DNA of 37,549 nucleotides from Conidiobolus incongruus B7586 (Eukaryota): NCBI GenBank assembly GCA_000697335.1, contig JNEM01012704.1, positions 1 to 37,549 of the forward strand, read 5' to 3'. Shown piece by piece: positions 9,441 to 20,620 of this stretch (position 1 is its first letter; each line of letters starts with the position of its first letter). The notes under the pieces were generated by a model. It saw only the letters and a program-made list of their open reading frames with translations, ran no database searches and was not told where the DNA came from. The position numbers and the translations under genes were made by a program.

Positions 9441-11270
9441 ATGTATTCTATTCCTGTTCAATTTGATTCAAAATCCATGCCTAATAACAACTATAACAAT
9501 AATAACAATAATAACAATAATAACAATAATAACAATAATAACAATAATAACAATATGAATGAAAACCAATTGAATCAACCTCACTTTCAATCAAACAATA
9601 TGAGCAATTTAAACCATGGTCAAACAGATGAACCTTTTCATCCACCAGACTCTGTGATTGCTGGAGAAGGTCCCAGTGGTGCTCACAATTCTTCCAAGTA
9701 CGAAGGATCCAATGATCCTTCAATGACACTTGTGCCTAGTGAACAACTTAGGGAAGCCAGTAACTACAAAACTAACAGATCTGAAGAACAACCGGTCACT
9801 CCTCACAACTCGTATAATAATAACACTGCCAATGAGCAGGCAAATGAGAGAGAACCTTTGAGTCATGTTTCAACTCATTCATCACACCAAACTTCAAGTA
9901 ATAACAATAGTCATTCCAAAGGTATTCCCGCACTTACGGGTACAGTGCCTGTTCCACTTCATACTTCAACTGGTAGTCCTGCAATGAATGTTATACCTAG
10001 CACTCAATTAGGAAATGCCGATAATTACAAGCCTTCCAACTTGAGTGAATATCCTATTACTCCTCACAATTCAGTTAATAAGCATTCAACCAATGAGCAC
10101 AATTATTACAAAGAGCCTGCAAATAATCCTAATACACAAGCATCTTTAAATCAAACCCAAAACTTCAAAAATGTTTCCAAACAAAAGTTAGGTGATGAAA
10201 TTAATAAGCAAACCAATCAGCAGAATGCTTCCAATCAACCTAGTCATTTAATAGATCATCAAAATTTTCACAGGACTGGAGAGCCTTCTCACAATATCTC
10301 CTCCGATTCCAATACTCACTCAACTGGTTCTCAATACAATAATGAAGATGTTCCATTAATGACTCAACTTTCCCAAAGAGTACATGAAAAGGAACAAAAA
10401 GGTGAAGATCTTGAAGAGCCTGAAGAACCTGTCCCTCTCACCAAAGAAGAAATTCAAGAGAGTACTGAAATCCTAAAGCGTGCTACTTCTTTATATCCAG
10501 AAGGATCCGATTTCTTAGATAAGGAACTTCAGAAAACTCTTAATAATATTGAAATTACGGATTCACATTATAAAAAAGATAAATCTGATTCCAAGACTTG
10601 CCACAACTCTAACAGTTCCAAAGACCCTAGCTCTATTGGTCATAATGAATCGAGAGTTGAAGACACAAATGTAAATCATCCAAAACATGAATCTAAAATT
10701 AATAACTCTACCAGTTCCAAAGATCCTAGCTCTGTTGGCTATAATGCATCTAGGGTTGAAGATACCTATATAAATCATCCAAAATATGAATCCAAAATTC
10801 ACGGCTCTACCAGCTCCAAGGATCCTAGCTCTGTTGGCTACAATGCATCGAAGGTGGAAGATGCAAATGCAACTTATTCAAAACATGAATCTAAAATTCA
10901 CAACTCTACCAATTTCAAGAATCCTAGCTTAGTTGGCTGTAATGCATCTAGAGTTGAAGATACATATGTAAATCATCCAAATCACAGCACCCAATCTAAT
11001 ACAACAAACCCTTCCACCCATCATCAACAAAATACCAAATTCAATCCTTCTGAATTGAATGATCAGAGTCATCATTTCACTACCAATGATCGATTCTTGA
11101 ATCAACCAACTCATGGACTTGAACACAACAATGGTACCAATCCTAATGCTAATCACGATGACTCTAATTCGTTTAACCGTCAAGGTAAAGAACATACAGC
11201 TCAAATGGAGCATGATAAGCGAAAGCAATCCCAGGTTTTGGCTAGTACTCAATTAGGTACTGTTGCTTAA
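9441..11270 (+). CDS. Hydrophilic Asn/Ser/His-rich, probably disordered protein with poly-Asn and 33-aa tandem repeats, 609 aa
   Basis: A long uninterrupted ORF with higher GC than its flanks, an AAAATG start context and AATAAA downstream. No recognisable globular domain, signal peptide or TM segment. Confidence 0.85.
   Translation: MYSIPVQFDSKSMPNNNYNNNNNNNNNNNNNNNNNNNNMNENQLNQPHFQSNNMSNLNHGQTDEPFHPPDSVIAGEGPSGAHNSSKYEGSNDPSMTLVPSEQLREASNYKTNRSEEQPVTPHNSYNNNTANEQANEREPLSHVSTHSSHQTSSNNNSHSKGIPALTGTVPVPLHTSTGSPAMNVIPSTQLGNADNYKPSNLSEYPITPHNSVNKHSTNEHNYYKEPANNPNTQASLNQTQNFKNVSKQKLGDEINKQTNQQNASNQPSHLIDHQNFHRTGEPSHNISSDSNTHSTGSQYNNEDVPLMTQLSQRVHEKEQKGEDLEEPEEPVPLTKEEIQESTEILKRATSLYPEGSDFLDKELQKTLNNIEITDSHYKKDKSDSKTCHNSNSSKDPSSIGHNESRVEDTNVNHPKHESKINNSTSSKDPSSVGYNASRVEDTYINHPKYESKIHGSTSSKDPSSVGYNASKVEDANATYSKHESKIHNSTNFKNPSLVGCNASRVEDTYVNHPNHSTQSNTTNPSTHHQQNTKFNPSELNDQSHHFTTNDRFLNQPTHGLEHNNGTNPNANHDDSNSFNRQGKEHTAQMEHDKRKQSQVLASTQLGTVA
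9495..9554 (+). repeat. (AACAATAAT)n 9-bp microsatellite encoding 20 consecutive Asn
   Basis: Six full AACAATAAT units plus AACAAT. Confidence 0.95.
10602..10985 (+). repeat. Coding minisatellite: ~3.9 copies of a 99-bp (33-aa) unit
   Basis: The unit is ~HNSTSSKDPSSVGYNASRVEDTYVNHPKHESKI. Equivalent positions fall at 10615, 10714, 10813 and 10912. Confidence 0.95.
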
Positions 11271-13394
11271 TTATTTTGTTAAATTCATTTTTATATTATA
11301 TACTATGTACTATAAAAATAAATCATAACTGAATCATTTGATATATTTTTAAATATATATTCTGATCCTTAACCTTAATTTTATACTTAAAATATATCTA
11401 AAAAAACTTCTTTATTAAAACATTTAATATCAATTTTAAAAAATATTTATAACCAATAAAAATTTTTTTAATATCGGGCTATTATAGTATTATAACTATC
11501 TTTGAAATCGCTTCATATCAATTGAACAGACAAGGGGGATCGTGAATAGGTAATTGGATTTTCTCTCTATACTGCTGAGTTGATCCTGGGTGAATATAAA
11601 TTGATGCAAATAATAATTTATTCTCAGTGAGTATTTTATATTATTACAAATTCATGTTTTCATTTTTTGTAAGATAATTTGAGCTTTGAAATCTCAAAAC
11701 TATTTTAATCTGTATTTTCTAATATCATACAAAATGTGTAAATATTGTTTAAATTCAACTTTTTAGTATTAATAGTCATATAGAATATATTTTGATATCC
11801 TGATTATGTTTATGTTGATAAATTTATTTTATCTTAGTTCTCACTTTTCAGCCATTGATTATAATCTTATACATATTAGGTTTATTTGAAAATATTCTTA
11901 AGTAACTCAAAAATATGATATTTTTCATATATTTTTATAATTTTATTACTTTTGTTATTTTTATTCTATTAAATTGTTTTTTTTTAAAAAATTATATCTT
12001 GTGAAATTATAAATTCGTTATTTATTAAGCTAAAATTTAATAAAAATTAAATTCTTTTTTAATCTAAGTTATAAAATCACAAAGGTAAATTTAATAATTT
12101 TTCAAAAATATATTTTATTAAAAGAAAAAAAATTATTAAAATCTTTAACTTTCGGTTATTAATAAAAATCTCTAATCTTAGTATATCAAATTATCATAAG
12201 GTTTGAAGGATGGTGATTGAGACATCATATATCATACTTTTCTTCATATCGCCATAGAATCTTAAAAGTAAAATATATTTTGTATAAACGAATTTTCAAT
12301 GTAGGCTATAATACATAAAATCTCTGGATGAATATTTGCATCATAAAAGTTCATCACCATGTATAAAGCACTAATAGAATTCAAATTAAATACATTTCAA
12401 AATAAAATAGAAAATCAACTGTGAAACTCGATCAAAATATTTGAATTGAAGTATAAATTTTGTGATTATAGGTAGTAAGATTCATTGATTCCATAGAATA
12501 GTTTATTAATAATACATTATTCCTGAGATTTTCAATTTTAATATATGAAAATTTAGAAACATTAGTTAATTTAATATCTATGATTTAATCTGGTAGCAAT
12601 AAATTTAGATCACTAATTACATCATCATTATCCTAATATTTGATTAAACGACAAATTCTGAATTTATATATTTAAAAAATTATTATATCTAAGAGTAGCT
12701 TCTGATTAAGATTTATATTCTGATATTTTTTCTACAAGAATATATATATATATATATCAATTTGTGGTAAATTCCAAAGATATTTAAACTTAAAGACGAT
12801 CCCCATTCAGAACAAAATTTATGATGATTAATTTGTTGATAACTAAAAACCAATCATCAATCAACATGATGAGTAAAAAAATAAATGAAAGGATAATGTG
12901 TAAGACGAAATAAAAAGTATGTTTCCTTTTAACATATGAAAAATGAATATATTCACATATACTAATACATATATCCATATTTATCAGCTTCATTAAACAC
13001 AGTGAAGAATTTTGCATTTAATGACTGTCAACCGACTACAAAAGAAATACAGCTTTGATATCATTTAGTGAATACATATTTCCAAGTAATTGGTCAACTT
13101 AACAATAGCTCAGCTTTAATAAAATCAAACTCTTGATAAAAAGTTAAATGAACGATGAATGAATGAATAGTCATTAAATCTGAATCATTAACTTAATCCA
13201 GTAATCATGATTTTGTGGTCAATCATAGTGGACTTATTTTTTGTCCCAAATTAATGTATAAAAAGGGTTTGAAGTTAAATCAAAATGGTTAATCATTGTC
13301 TAATAATTACTTTCATAATCTAAAAAACTATTTAAGTCATTAACATTCATAATATAATATTTTGTTTTAACTCTACAGTATTCTCATAATTACA

Positions 13395-16300
13395 ATGCTT
13401 GGATTAATAAAATATATACTGATCACATTACCATCTCAATTCCTTCAATTACTGTTCACTTTACTCTCGGAAACGATAACACTGAGCTTCAGTTATGGAG
13501 CTATTTTTAATACTGTTCTAATTTCAGCAATAGGTGGTTTCTTCCTAATTCGCTACAAATTCTTGACCAACTATTCCAAACTTCCAAAACCCGAGCCTAT
13601 TCAAGCACCTTCAGAGGGATTTGACCTTCAGCCTGACATTGTTTTTGAAGAAGAACCCGACACTCCCACCGATTTCAAGACATTTCCTAGTGACTTCTTT
13701 CATTCCTTCCTTAAAACTATTAAAATTTTTGGATATTTAGAAGAACCGGTACTTAATGAATTAACACGATATCTTAATACTCAAAAATTGATTGCAGGCG
13801 ATATTCTCTTCCAAGAGAATGGATCAGAGTCTAAAAAATCTTTTTATATTGTTTTAGATGGCTGTGTCCAAATATACCCTTCTAAGTCGGCTAGTGGCTT
13901 TAGCGGTTCGTTTGATGAAAACTATGGTTCTGACAGCACTCCTCTAACAGAAATTAGGTCTGGAGGGACACTTTCCAGTTTGTTTACATTGCTGTCTCTC
14001 TTTACCGAAAATGTTTCTCTCAAGAGATCACTATCAACACCCCGCTTTGAAGAATTTCTGGATCAGCTCAATCTCTCAAACTATATCATCACTGAAGAAG
14101 CATCCGATATTCCAATTCTTAGCCAAGAATTGGTTAAAATGCAGAGTTCTACAAGTTTCAGTGATACCTTGCATCCTAATATTGTTGCACGTGCATCCGT
14201 CGACACTACTTTGGCTGTCATTCCAGCTGAAGCATTCCATCGTGTTACTAAAAAATTTCCCTTTGCCGCTGCTCACATTGTTCAAGTAATTTTAGCTAGA
14301 TTCCAAAGAGTTACATTCTTAACCTTAAATAATTATCTTGGTATGTCTCGAGAGCTTTTGTCACTAGAGAAAAATGTTACGGATTGGGCTAACTTTGGTC
14401 AAAATCAAATTCATTTCGATACGAATCAATTAACGGGAACCGTTTTAGAACTTGTGGAAGTTGCAAAAACTAACAGCTCTAGGACCAGAGTTAATAGCAA
14501 TCCTTTTATAGCCCCATCAGTCTCCAATCGCTCTCCAATTAATGCATCGAACTATAAGCCTAAGACTAACTCATATTTCCGATTATCCACCGATTGGTAC
14601 CAGTCAAAAAGTGAGCGAGAGTTAATTTCAACTATCAAAAACTTCGTTTACAATAGCATTTCTACCTGTATTGGTGCCAATGGCAATGAAGCAGATTTAA
14701 ATTATCGAAAAGTCCTGTCTGCTGATGCGACACCGGTCACGGTCACACTTTCTATTGATCCAGAGCATTTGCGATCCCGCTCAGATTTGGATGATCATGA
14801 TACAGACTCTTTAGGCTCATTTCATCACAGCGAAATATTTGATTATGGTACCGATATTTCTGATGAAATAGAACTATATTTTGTCAAAGCTGGCACTCAG
14901 TTGGCTAAACAGGGAGACCGAAGCAAAGGATTATATTTTGTAATTTCTGGAATGATCGAGGTATTCCTTGATAATCCATCAAGATCCAACACTTTTACTG
15001 GAGATGACTCACCTAATTCCTCAAGAAAAACCAAAAGTCTATTCCGAGTCGGCCCTGGTGAAATTGCTGGCTACCTTAGTGCATTAACTGGTTGTCCATC
15101 ATTCGTTAACATGGAAGCTCAATCAGATAGTATCATAGGGTTTTTGCCTAGATCCACCATCGAACGAATTAAAGAAAAATATCCAAACGTTTTACTTACT
15201 CTCGCTAAAAGATTGATTTATCATTTGCCCAATGCTATTCTTTTGGTAGATTTCGCTCTTGAATGGATTCATGCAAGTGCTGGTCAAGTTCTTTGTAGAC
15301 AAGGTGATCCTGGTAAATATATTTATATTATTTTAAGTGGTAGATTGAGATCTATTGCCGAATCAAAGAAACAAGGATTAAATATACTGGGTGAACATAG
15401 CCAAGGAGAGTCAGTTGGAGAACTTGATACTTTGACCAATTCTAAATATTCTTTTACCTTACACGCTATCAGAGATTCTGAAATAGCTAGAATGCCTACT
15501 ACTCTATTTAATGCATTGGCTACATCCTATCCTTCTATTACCATTCAAATTTCAAAGCTAATTGCCTCTCGTGTTAAAGCTCGACAAAATCAGCTTATTC
15601 AGAATCCTAATCCATCTCCTATTCACCATCGCACTTATGGTCGAAACAATTCCAATCTCAAGACTATCAGTATCCTTCCTGTTCAATCAGGTGTGCCGGT
15701 TGGTGAATTTGCTTCACTTTTACAAGAAGCATTTGCAGGAATTGACCAATCTTGTACATTAATTAATAACGCATCTATCATTTCAGCCTTGGGAAAACAT
15801 GCATTTGCTAAACTTGGCAAATTGAAGCTTATGAATTATTTTGCTGAGCAGGAAGATGCATATGAAACTGTCCTTTTCGTTGCTGACCAATCTCCATCGT
15901 CTCCTTGGACACAATGGTGTATTCGTCAGGCTGATTGTATTCTACTAGTTGGTATGGCTGATGATATTCCTGCAATTGGTGATTTTGAAAAACTCATTGT
16001 TGGCAAAAGAACTACAGCACGTAAAGAATTAGTTTTGCTCCATTCTAAGCGTAATTTTGAATCAGGTCTTACTCAAAGATGGTTAAAGAATAGAATTTGG
16101 ATTCACAATCATCATCATATGTTCTACCCTTACAAGACTTCCAACCCAAGACCTGTGGCAATGAGAAGAAAGAATACTTTTATGAATTTGAAAGATTCTC
16201 TTGAAAAATATTATCATCAAATTAACTCCCAAGTTCCTGTCCCCACTCCATATATTGGCAATCGAAGCGATTTTGCCAGATTAGCACGCAGATTATGTGG

Positions 16301-17228
16301 TAAATCGATTGGTGTCGTTTTGGGTGGTGGTGGTGCTAGAGGTATTGCACATATCGGGTTCATAACTGCAATGCAAGAGGCATCGATTCCAATTGATATT
16401 GTTGGTGGATGTAGTATTGGTGCTTTTGTTGGTGCATTATATGCTAGAGATCCTGATAGCGTTACAACTATGGCACATGCCAAAAGCTTTTCCTCTCGTA
16501 TGGCTAATATATGGAGAAAGATCGCAGATTTGACATATCCGGTTATTTCTTGGTTTTCAGGACACGAATTTAATCGAGCTATTTGGAAAACCTTCAATGA
16601 TATTCATATTGAGGACCTTTGGCTTCCTTTCTACTGTGTCACAACCAATATCACCAAATCTAGATTGGAAGTGCATCAAAATGGATATTGCTGGAGATAT
16701 ATTCGAGCTTCAATGAGTTTGTCTGGTTTTATTCCCCCTCTCTGTGACAATGGCCAAATGCTAATTGACGGTGGTTACCTCGATTATTTGCCTGTATCAG
16801 TAATGAAATCGATGGGAGTAGACACCATCTTTGCACTTGATGTTTCAGCAGATGATAACATGGCCGAAAGTTATAATTACGGTGACTCATTATCTGGCTG
16901 GTGGGTAGTTTTGAACAAACTAAATCCATTTAGTAACACTCATCTTCCAAGTTTGGCGGACATCCAATCACGTTTAGCTTATGTTTCAAGCGTTTCCCAA
17001 TTGGAAGAAGCTAAGGCAACTCCTGGATGCTATTATGAACGATTACCAGTTGCTCATTTTGGTACTTTAGAATTTGGTAGTTTCAAAGATATTTTTGATG
17101 CTGGTTATAAACGCGGAAAAGAATGCTGTGCCGAATGGGAAAGACAAGGATTATTAGAAAAGCTCAGAGGAAAGGTTCAGGAAGAAGAAGCATCTCCAAA
17201 ATTGGGAGGTCGCAGATATTCCTTTTGA
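13395..17228 (+). CDS. NTE1: Lysophospholipase NTE1 (neuropathy target esterase / PNPLA6-like), 1277 aa, intronless
   Basis: It has an N-terminal hydrophobic anchor and cNMP-binding-like domains (FYIVLDGCV, LYFVISGMI, IYIILSGRLRS...GESVGELD). It also has WTQWCIRQADCIL and a patatin domain with SDFARLARRLCGKSIGVVLGGGGARGIAHIG, GCSIG, WRYIRASMSL and LIDGGY. Confidence 0.97.
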   Translation: MLGLIKYILITLPSQFLQLLFTLLSETITLSFSYGAIFNTVLISAIGGFFLIRYKFLTNYSKLPKPEPIQAPSEGFDLQPDIVFEEEPDTPTDFKTFPSDFFHSFLKTIKIFGYLEEPVLNELTRYLNTQKLIAGDILFQENGSESKKSFYIVLDGCVQIYPSKSASGFSGSFDENYGSDSTPLTEIRSGGTLSSLFTLLSLFTENVSLKRSLSTPRFEEFLDQLNLSNYIITEEASDIPILSQELVKMQSSTSFSDTLHPNIVARASVDTTLAVIPAEAFHRVTKKFPFAAAHIVQVILARFQRVTFLTLNNYLGMSRELLSLEKNVTDWANFGQNQIHFDTNQLTGTVLELVEVAKTNSSRTRVNSNPFIAPSVSNRSPINASNYKPKTNSYFRLSTDWYQSKSERELISTIKNFVYNSISTCIGANGNEADLNYRKVLSADATPVTVTLSIDPEHLRSRSDLDDHDTDSLGSFHHSEIFDYGTDISDEIELYFVKAGTQLAKQGDRSKGLYFVISGMIEVFLDNPSRSNTFTGDDSPNSSRKTKSLFRVGPGEIAGYLSALTGCPSFVNMEAQSDSIIGFLPRSTIERIKEKYPNVLLTLAKRLIYHLPNAILLVDFALEWIHASAGQVLCRQGDPGKYIYIILSGRLRSIAESKKQGLNILGEHSQGESVGELDTLTNSKYSFTLHAIRDSEIARMPTTLFNALATSYPSITIQISKLIASRVKARQNQLIQNPNPSPIHHRTYGRNNSNLKTISILPVQSGVPVGEFASLLQEAFAGIDQSCTLINNASIISALGKHAFAKLGKLKLMNYFAEQEDAYETVLFVADQSPSSPWTQWCIRQADCILLVGMADDIPAIGDFEKLIVGKRTTARKELVLLHSKRNFESGLTQRWLKNRIWIHNHHHMFYPYKTSNPRPVAMRRKNTFMNLKDSLEKYYHQINSQVPVPTPYIGNRSDFARLARRLCGKSIGVVLGGGGARGIAHIGFITAMQEASIPIDIVGGCSIGAFVGALYARDPDSVTTMAHAKSFSSRMANIWRKIADLTYPVISWFSGHEFNRAIWKTFNDIHIEDLWLPFYCVTTNITKSRLEVHQNGYCWRYIRASMSLSGFIPPLCDNGQMLIDGGYLDYLPVSVMKSMGVDTIFALDVSADDNMAESYNYGDSLSGWWVVLNKLNPFSNTHLPSLADIQSRLAYVSSVSQLEEAKATPGCYYERLPVAHFGTLEFGSFKDIFDAGYKRGKECCAEWERQGLLEKLRGKVQEEEASPKLGGRRYSF

Positions 17229-17551
17229 TTGGCCTTATTCAATTTAAAATCAAATATTAAACTACAAAGCACTGAAATTACATTTATTGTAGGAGTTAAA
17301 ATTAACATCTTTACAAAATATTCATTCAGACCTGTTGATAATCATTTTAGCAAATACTTTTGAATATTCAACATTGAAACATTAATCTTGAAAACATATT
17401 AATGATGTAGTACAATAAACATAAAATTGAAATTTTGAGTGAATAGAATATTGTTAGCTTATAACTTGATTAAACACAAAATATGATTTTTATTTAATAA
17501 TAGATTATATATTATTGTAAGTGTCAAATAAATAGGATATGGACTTTAGTT

Positions 17552-17770
17552 TCAATTACGAGGTCTCCACCAAATATATCTTGCAGTTCTATGGTTAGAT
17601 GGAATCAGATTAGAGATCATTCTAAATGGCATATTGATCAAATCGCTTATAATACTTCGACGTTGGATAAGGGATGTTTCGACTTCATTATTTTCTAATG
17701 GAATACTGGTAGTGGGAGCTGATGAAACCAAGCAGATGATGGTAGCTGTGATCAAGGAGTTTAAGCGCAT
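17552..17770 (-). CDS. Small secreted prepro-peptide A, 72 aa (signal peptide, acidic pro-region, RR site, cationic 34-aa peptide ending WWRPRN)
   Basis: MRLNSLITATIICLVSS|AP signal-like leader, ACCATG start and TATAAATA about 63 bp upstream. It is co-linear and frame-conserved with the paralog at 20396-20620. Confidence 0.85.
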   Translation of the reverse strand: MRLNSLITATIICLVSSAPTTSIPLENNEVETSLIQRRSIISDLINMPFRMISNLIPSNHRTARYIWWRPRN

Positions 17771-17893
17771 GGTTCAATTAATTAATTAGATTGGATATTT
17801 AATAGTAATAAACATAATCAAAAACATGCTGATATTTATAATACTTCTCAATAGAAATGCATCCGAGTTCTCAGTAACACTAGAGGAATTTTT
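17682..17893. repeat. 212-bp perfect direct repeat, copy 1 (promoter, 5' UTR and leader of peptide gene A)
   Basis: Identical base for base to 20532-20743 (offset 2850). Looser homology continues on both sides. Confidence 0.95.
17833..17840 (-). promoter_or_regulatory. TATA box of peptide gene A
   Basis: TATAAATA on the minus strand, 63 bp upstream of the ATG. It has an identical copy at 20683-20690. Confidence 0.55.
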
Positions 17894-20395
17894 GAGGATT
17901 TACGAAAATCACTAAAAATATTAATGATTTCATTGATTAAAATTTGGTAATACATATTAATTTGTTATGAGAGTTTTTTTTGAAATATTATTATATGCTT
18001 GTAGTATGAATTTGAGAAAATTGAAAATTATCAAACTCAATCTCGAGTTGATAATATAAGACTACTATTGATTCATAGTATAGCTTATTGATAAACTGGT
18101 ATAAAAAATTACTATTTTTTAAATAAGTGCTCAGTGTAAGATATTTTTAGATAACGAAATATAAAGTATATGAAATAAAAAGATATCTATTTTTATAAAC
18201 CAAAATAAACCTCAAAATAAGGCCAATAACAGCAAACTTGTGATAAAATAATTGATATTAACACTTTAGTTTTTAATTCAAGTATTAGTATAAAATCAAT
18301 AAATTGATGATGGTAACGAAGATATATCTTTCTTTAAAATACCAAACACTGGTTTTTTATATCAAGGATAGAATAATTAGATATTGATTAATAAAAAAGA
18401 TTAATTCTTTTTTAAAACGTTATTTTTTTTTGATATTAAAAATAATAGATCTAGTTAAATATTAAAATTTTGAAAATTTTTAACAGAATTCTTACAGTAC
18501 GGAGAAATTAATTAAGTTTTTTTTACCAATATAACTATCTCATGGATTATAGTATTCAATAAACATGAGAAAATCATTTTTAGTTTGAATATATTCAATG
18601 AGTTTATTAATGTCACAATATTTATTTAAGATCCTTAAAATTTGTATATAATTTGTTTTTTGTAATCATTATATCAATCCATAATCATCCTCCCAAAATT
18701 CTTAATCAAAATTCAATTTCCCTAAATTGATATTACATATCGTATAACATTGTTCTACATAATATAAAATAGTTAATAGACTGATTAATAAGAAATTCTG
18801 AGATATTGTATTGATATAGATTATATTTTCTTCATATATATTATTTTGTTTCAATAATAAATTATTGAAATTATATATTAAATTATGGAAATACTCTAAT
18901 TTGTCATATATTGGAATATTCACGTTTATGGAATTATCAATTGATATCAATATAATTAAATTATATTGCATTATATAACATAATTTTATATTTAATATTA
19001 TTTATTATACACATTTTATAAAAAATATTAATTTTTATTATCTATTGTAGTGTATATCAATAGTTATAATATATTTTCAATATAATATTTGAATTTGATA
19101 TTGTAAAAACCATATTATATATACCATAAAATACAAAAACAAAGTTATTGTTATACATATATATATATATTGTTATTAAATTAATATGTATTTTTTAAAC
19201 ATAATATTTGCTTGTATATATATTGTTGTATATTTTCAAAATTGACCATATATAATTATTGAGTTATTGGTTTTATATTATGATTGAAAGGAGTCTACTT
19301 AAATATCATAACACAAAATATATAACACATTTATATTTAAAAATGGTTAATTTTTCAATTATATTTATAATCGATTGATATAATGAAATAATGAAGTTTT
19401 CAATTATTCACTTAAACAAACAAGTGGACATGATAACTACCTGATAACATACTGGAAATATGTGTTTAATGACATAAAATCTCTTAATTGAAGATAATAC
19501 TATTTGTAACATTAGTTATTGATCCAATAATTTGAACTAAATAAACAAGATTATAAAATTACATACACAAAATAATAATTAAGTTTCGATGACCCTATTT
19601 AAAATTTGATAGAAATAAAAATTGATATATTAGTACAGAATTCCATATTAATTTAATAAATCGAGTAAATAACAATTAAGCTATTGAATACAATATTATA
19701 TTAATAATAATGTTAAGTAATTAAATAATAGTGGTGTTAGTTTATATATTTTCTGAAAATGTGCTTTTATAACTATAATTTTATATATTTTATATACTGA
19801 TCAATTTATCATAACTATACCCATATATATTATTTCCATTTATATTGAATTTCATCTGAGGTAATTCAAATTAAACTTAAGAAACGCAACAAAGTATTAT
19901 AAAATGACATCATTAAACGCTTTCTTTTCTCTGAATTTGAATTCAAGCTGGAAATATATTGATAATTTTGCTAGCACAAATTCAAAATCCGGGATTGATA
20001 GTTATCAGGTTTTATTATTCAAATAATTTTATATTAAAATAATAATGAAATCAAGTATAATATTCGTATTATTATTTATGTACATTGATAAACTGAATTT
20101 GTTTAAAATGTCCAATAAAAAATTTTTTAACATTTTTGAATTAAATACTAAATTAAAAAATAATCGAATCATTTGATAGCTTAAAAAATTCATTTATATC
20201 CTTAACTATGCAATTTTGACAAAAGGACAAAATATAAATATATTTAAATTCAAAATTGAGTTGATAGAATACAGTTGGCTTTCAATATGATTAGAGAAAT
20301 TTTGATTAGTGATTAAATTTAAATTATATATAAATTTTTATTTAGAATATAGCAGTAAATGATTCAGTATAATAAGTACTTGATAAACATAAGCA

Positions 20396-20620
20396 TTAGT
20401 GTAAATTACGAGGCCTCCACCAAACATATTTTTCTTCGGTATCATCGAATGGATTGAGATCAGACACAAGTTTGACTGGTGCATTAACCAAATCTCTTAG
20501 AATGCTTCCTCCTTGGTTAATGGGTCCTTCAACTTCATTATTTTCTAATGGAATACTGGTAGTGGGAGCTGATGAAACCAAGCAGATGATGGTAGCTGTG
20601 ATCAAGGAGTTTAAGCGCAT
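20396..20620 (-). CDS. Small secreted prepro-peptide B, 74 aa (paralog of A; RR replaced by GG, acidic mid-region, ends WWRPRNLH)
   Basis: The first 31 aa are identical to A and the remainder is 17/41 identical with no indels. The stop TGA of A is TTA here, adding LH. Confidence 0.85.
   Translation of the reverse strand: MRLNSLITATIICLVSSAPTTSIPLENNEVEGPINQGGSILRDLVNAPVKLVSDLNPFDDTEEKYVWWRPRNLH

Noticed and set aside
10602..10985. Regularly spaced repeats as a possible CRISPR array
   Set aside because: They are contiguous 99-bp in-frame coding repeats with no unique spacers, in a eukaryotic context.
11500..11620. GC-richer patch downstream of the 609-aa gene as a possible ncRNA or gene fragment
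   Set aside because: No recognisable RNA motif, stem structure or protein motif in the frames I read.
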